64,000 bases of DNA from the NCBI RefSeq assembly GCF_038025025.1, contig NW_027117344.1, forward strand, positions 744,001 through 808,000. The letters are read 5' to 3'. Every line of letters begins with the position of its first letter. Position 1 is the stretch's first letter. Made by a program: the position numbers and the translations under genes. The stretch is from Phyllosticta citribraziliensis. Taxonomy: Eukaryota. The notes beneath the pieces were generated by a model. The model was not told the DNA's origin. It saw only the letters and a program-made list of their open reading frames with translations, and searched no databases. Below, one piece after another: positions 60,810-64,000 of the stretch.

Positions 60810-61496
60810 ATGGCGTCTGTCACCATCGACCGTCTCTTGAACCTCGCCCCGGACAACCCTGCTCAAGTCTTGGCCCTTCTCCAGACGCACCCGCACCTAG
60901 CCTCCGCCCGCGACGCCCACGGCTACTCGCTCGCCCACGCCGCCGTCTCCTACGCCCAGCTCGACCTGCTGCGCGCCCTCGTGCGCACCTACAACGTCGA
61001 CCCCAACATCCGCGACGAGGACGACGAGACGCCGCTGTTCGCCGCAGAGACCGTCGAGGCCGCGCAATGCCTCGTTGAAGAGCTTGGCGCCGATGTCCAC
61101 GCCAAGAATGCCGACGGCCTGACGCCCGAGGAGCGCGTCGAGCAGGACGCCGAGTTCCCCCTTGTCTCCGCCTACTTGCGCTCCAAGATGGGCGTCGCTC
61201 CGCCGACTGCCGCTGCCGCCGAAGCCGCCGCTCAGCAGAATGGCGGAACGTCGTCGGCCATGCATCCGCCGCCTCTGCCCAACGGCGTCACCGTCAACGT
61301 CGGAACTACCGCCGAGGACGAGGTGCCAGACGAGGTCGTCGATCCCGAGTTGAAGCGCAGGATTGACGAGCTGGCGGCCCGCGACGACTTTCACACCGAA
61401 CAGGGCCAGCAACAGCTGCGCCAGTTGATTGAGGAGGCCGTCACTGGTTGGAGGAGCGAGAATCAGGATAGAAATGTCAGAATGCGTGAAGAGTGA
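60810..61496 (+). CDS. Ankyrin-repeat protein (yeast YCR051W-like), intronless
   Basis: DAHGYSLAHAAVSY..LLRALV..VDPNIRDEDDETPLF..LVEELGAD..KNADGLTP. Confidence 0.85.
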   Translation: MASVTIDRLLNLAPDNPAQVLALLQTHPHLASARDAHGYSLAHAAVSYAQLDLLRALVRTYNVDPNIRDEDDETPLFAAETVEAAQCLVEELGADVHAKNADGLTPEERVEQDAEFPLVSAYLRSKMGVAPPTAAAAEAAAQQNGGTSSAMHPPPLPNGVTVNVGTTAEDEVPDEVVDPELKRRIDELAARDDFHTEQGQQQLRQLIEEAVTGWRSENQDRNVRMREE

Positions 61497-61789
61497 GCGA
61501 AACATTCAGATCTTTACGCTGGAAAAAAATGAGACCAAAGCCGTCTGGTTCAGACCATGACAGCTTACAAACAAAGGCTTGTTGCACCCGCACCTAGTCT
61601 CGGTTGAGGAACCTGGCTGGTTCCAAACTCCATGGGACCACGGAATTTGGATATCCCCAGGGCCTTTGGGCAAGCCCTTGCAACACCTCCTTCGAGACGT
61701 GACCAAAAGACACGAACACGGCACTTTCACGGCACGCGCGGTTCTAGATGTGCTTTTTATTACCCCATCTAGAAGCCCAATTCCCGCTC

Positions 61790-61860
61790 CGCCTTGTCCG
61801 CCTGTCCACCCGTCCGCCTACCCGCCCATCCACCTTTCCACCTGTCCACCTTTGTCATCC
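61790..61860. repeat. Degenerate 8-bp minisatellite (CCRCCYGT-like) just 3' of the last gene
   Basis: gtccgcct gtccaccc gtccgcct acccgccc atccacct ttccacct gtccacct. Confidence 0.7.
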
Positions 61861-61868
61861 CTCCTGCT

Positions 61869-63950
61869 CTACATGTAGTCGCCACGCCTGAACCTCCTCT
61901 CCTGGATGGGCATGTCCGGGTAGAAGTCACTCCTAATGTTAGTACCCGGGCCGTAGTAGTCCCTACCATCCCTGTGGTACTCCGGGGCGCGGTGCGGCTC
62001 TCCCCTGGGGCTGCGGTACTGGCCCGCCGGATGGTGCGTCGACGAAGCCTCCTGGAGGTCGAGGTTCTTCAAGAAGCTGTCAGCGTGGCGCCTCGCAATC
62101 TCGGCGTCCGAGAGCGGCGAGAGCGCACGACGCTTGTCGACGGACCTGAAGATGTCGGCGCCGGGTCTCCTCGTGCTGTCGACGCTGTACGGCGACGAGG
62201 GAGGCGAAGCGGCACGGCGCTTGATGGGAGAGCTGAAGACGCCGGGGGCATGGCGCTTCGCATTGTTGTGATTGGCAGGCGAGACGGCTCGACGCTTGTT
62301 GGAACTGTTGAAAGAGCCTGGAACATGGCGCTTCGCACTGTCGTGGTGCGAAGGAGGGGATCCAAGAAGACGCTTTTGAGCCAGCTGATTCTTGACTCCT
62401 TCATCGATGGCCCTGGAAACTGCAGTGCTGGCCACGCCAGGAACCTCGAAAAGGCCGAGGCTGCGGAGCTTTTTGAAAAGCTCGTCCGTCCACTTGAACC
62501 AACTCTTGATGATTGCAATGCCCTCATAGTTTACCTCAAACTTGGTGATTTGGTCGGCAACAGAGTTGTCACCGCCACGATAACGCTCCATCTGGTGGAC
62601 GAGGTTCTTGACAACATTGACCGCCGCCTGTTCGCGTCCCTTCATGGCTGCTTGGTCGAGGGCGTTGACTACGCGGCCATTCCAGTAGTTCATGTTGATG
62701 TTCAGTCTCTCTGTCTCGGCAAAAGCGCGACGGGGAAAGAGGTTCTGTGTGTCTCAGTACATGTCGTTACGAGAGGGTGAATGACTTACAGGATTATTTG
62801 TCCTAGACGGATGCATGCCAGCAGAACCAGCCCCATTTATGCCAAGCTCATAGTCGTAGCGCTTGGACAACTCTTCAATGGCCTGCTTGCCCTTGAACAG
62901 AATGCGCTGACGGCAGCTAGAGACGAACTCCGAACGAATTTCCTCATCGGCGGTAGACATTGGCTGGGCTCGCGCATTGCGACCCCTCAAGACAAGCTGA
63001 TTGTTGTCGTTGTGCTTGACAAGCTGGGTGTTCTGACTCGTTGGCGACTTTCCAGGGACCGTGGCCGACTGCTTCTGAGACTGAGAAGGCTTGTTCCGCT
63101 CTTTCTTGAGATTCTTAATCTCTTCAATCAGGCCTTTCAACTTGTTGTTCATGGCATCGACGTCCTGAGAAGGGCGGGGGTGGTTTTGCTGGCGCATGCT
63201 GGCAGGAGCCGTTGGAATCTCGCTGCCAGTCGCGGTCGTAGCAGCTGGCAACTTGGGTCGAACAGGAAGACCCTGAAGCTGAGCAGCGTTCAGATCAACA
63301 GTGCCCCGGGTCACAAGTCCTCTCTCGTACTTGACGGCCTTGCTCTGCAAGTCGGAGAGCTCGCCACGCATCTTTTGGATCTCCTGCTGGAGGCCTTGCA
63401 CGTCTTTGGCGAGGGTAGACGTCTTTGGGGGTGAAGCACCGCTGTGCTCCGACATCTCGCCCTCCTCGCGTTCCACCAAACGAGTGATGCGCTTCGCAAC
63501 CTCGGAGAGCTGGGCGGCCAGCTCATTGTACTTGGCTTGGGTGTGGCCAAGGATGTCGTTGTGCTGCTGGATAGCAGCACCTTGAGCCTCAACCGACTGT
63601 CGAATCTCGGGGATCTGGTAGATGAGGCCGTGGATGTATTGCGCAACCTCAGGCGAAGGCGCAGGCATGGCTGTGGTGTTGACACCATCAGCCGTGCCCG
63701 CCTTGGAGGCGGAATCCTCAGGTGGGTCTGGATTGTTCTGTGTTTGCTCATGATTGTCAGAGCGCAGTCGTGCAACAAGAGGTGATTGTTCAAGCGCGTG
63801 GGTGCAGCAAGAGAGAAGAGCTTTGGGACTTACCATCGTGTTCAACTCGGTTGCGAATGATGTCGTCGCTGAGTCGTGGGTGCGGTGGCGGCGCATGCGA
63901 CGAGGGTGGAGCGAGGCTTTAAAGGATGGGCGACCGGAAGAGAGTGGCAT
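61869..63950 (-). CDS. Hypothetical coiled-coil protein, probably lineage-specific. Exons 63950(or 63836)-63834, 63737-62790, 62744-61869
   Basis: Two long ORFs are joined in frame by a 45-nt GTAAGT..CAG intron (62745-62789). A second in-frame intron is likely at 63738-63833. Heptad-rich segments are present. The start is uncertain and may lie outside the window. Confidence 0.7.
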
Positions 63951-64000
63951 CGCCCACGCCGTGCTGCTGGAAATCAGAGGGAAGGTGCCTTCCCAAACAC

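Overview
Eukaryotic, gene-dense DNA from a filamentous ascomycete (Pezizomycotina; Dothideomycete is a guess). The evidence is short GT-AG introns with CTRAC-type branch points and recognisable fungal housekeeping genes. I hand-spliced 26 protein-coding genes, including ORC1, a GPI-type CFEM protein, PRP46, a divergent NACHT/NLR-like protein, a small secreted Cys-rich protein, a chitin deacetylase with four CBM18 modules, an HRI-like eIF2-alpha kinase, an SDR, RPL26, OST4, TMA46, a DHA2-type MFS transporter, PI-PLC, MED16, HST4, TRM11, a PAP2 phosphatase and an ankyrin protein. There is also one tRNA-Ile(AAT) with an 8-nt intron. The supplied ORF track ignores splicing and misses OST4. No intact transposon or CRISPR array was found. 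The least explained features are a ~640-bp array of 17 GRAGCATYC-like cores at 33-39 nt spacing (29.5-30.1 kb) and an accessory-looking block (NLR-like gene plus candidate effector, next to the tRNA). I cannot establish a new system from sequence alone. All identities come from motif recognition, not database searches.
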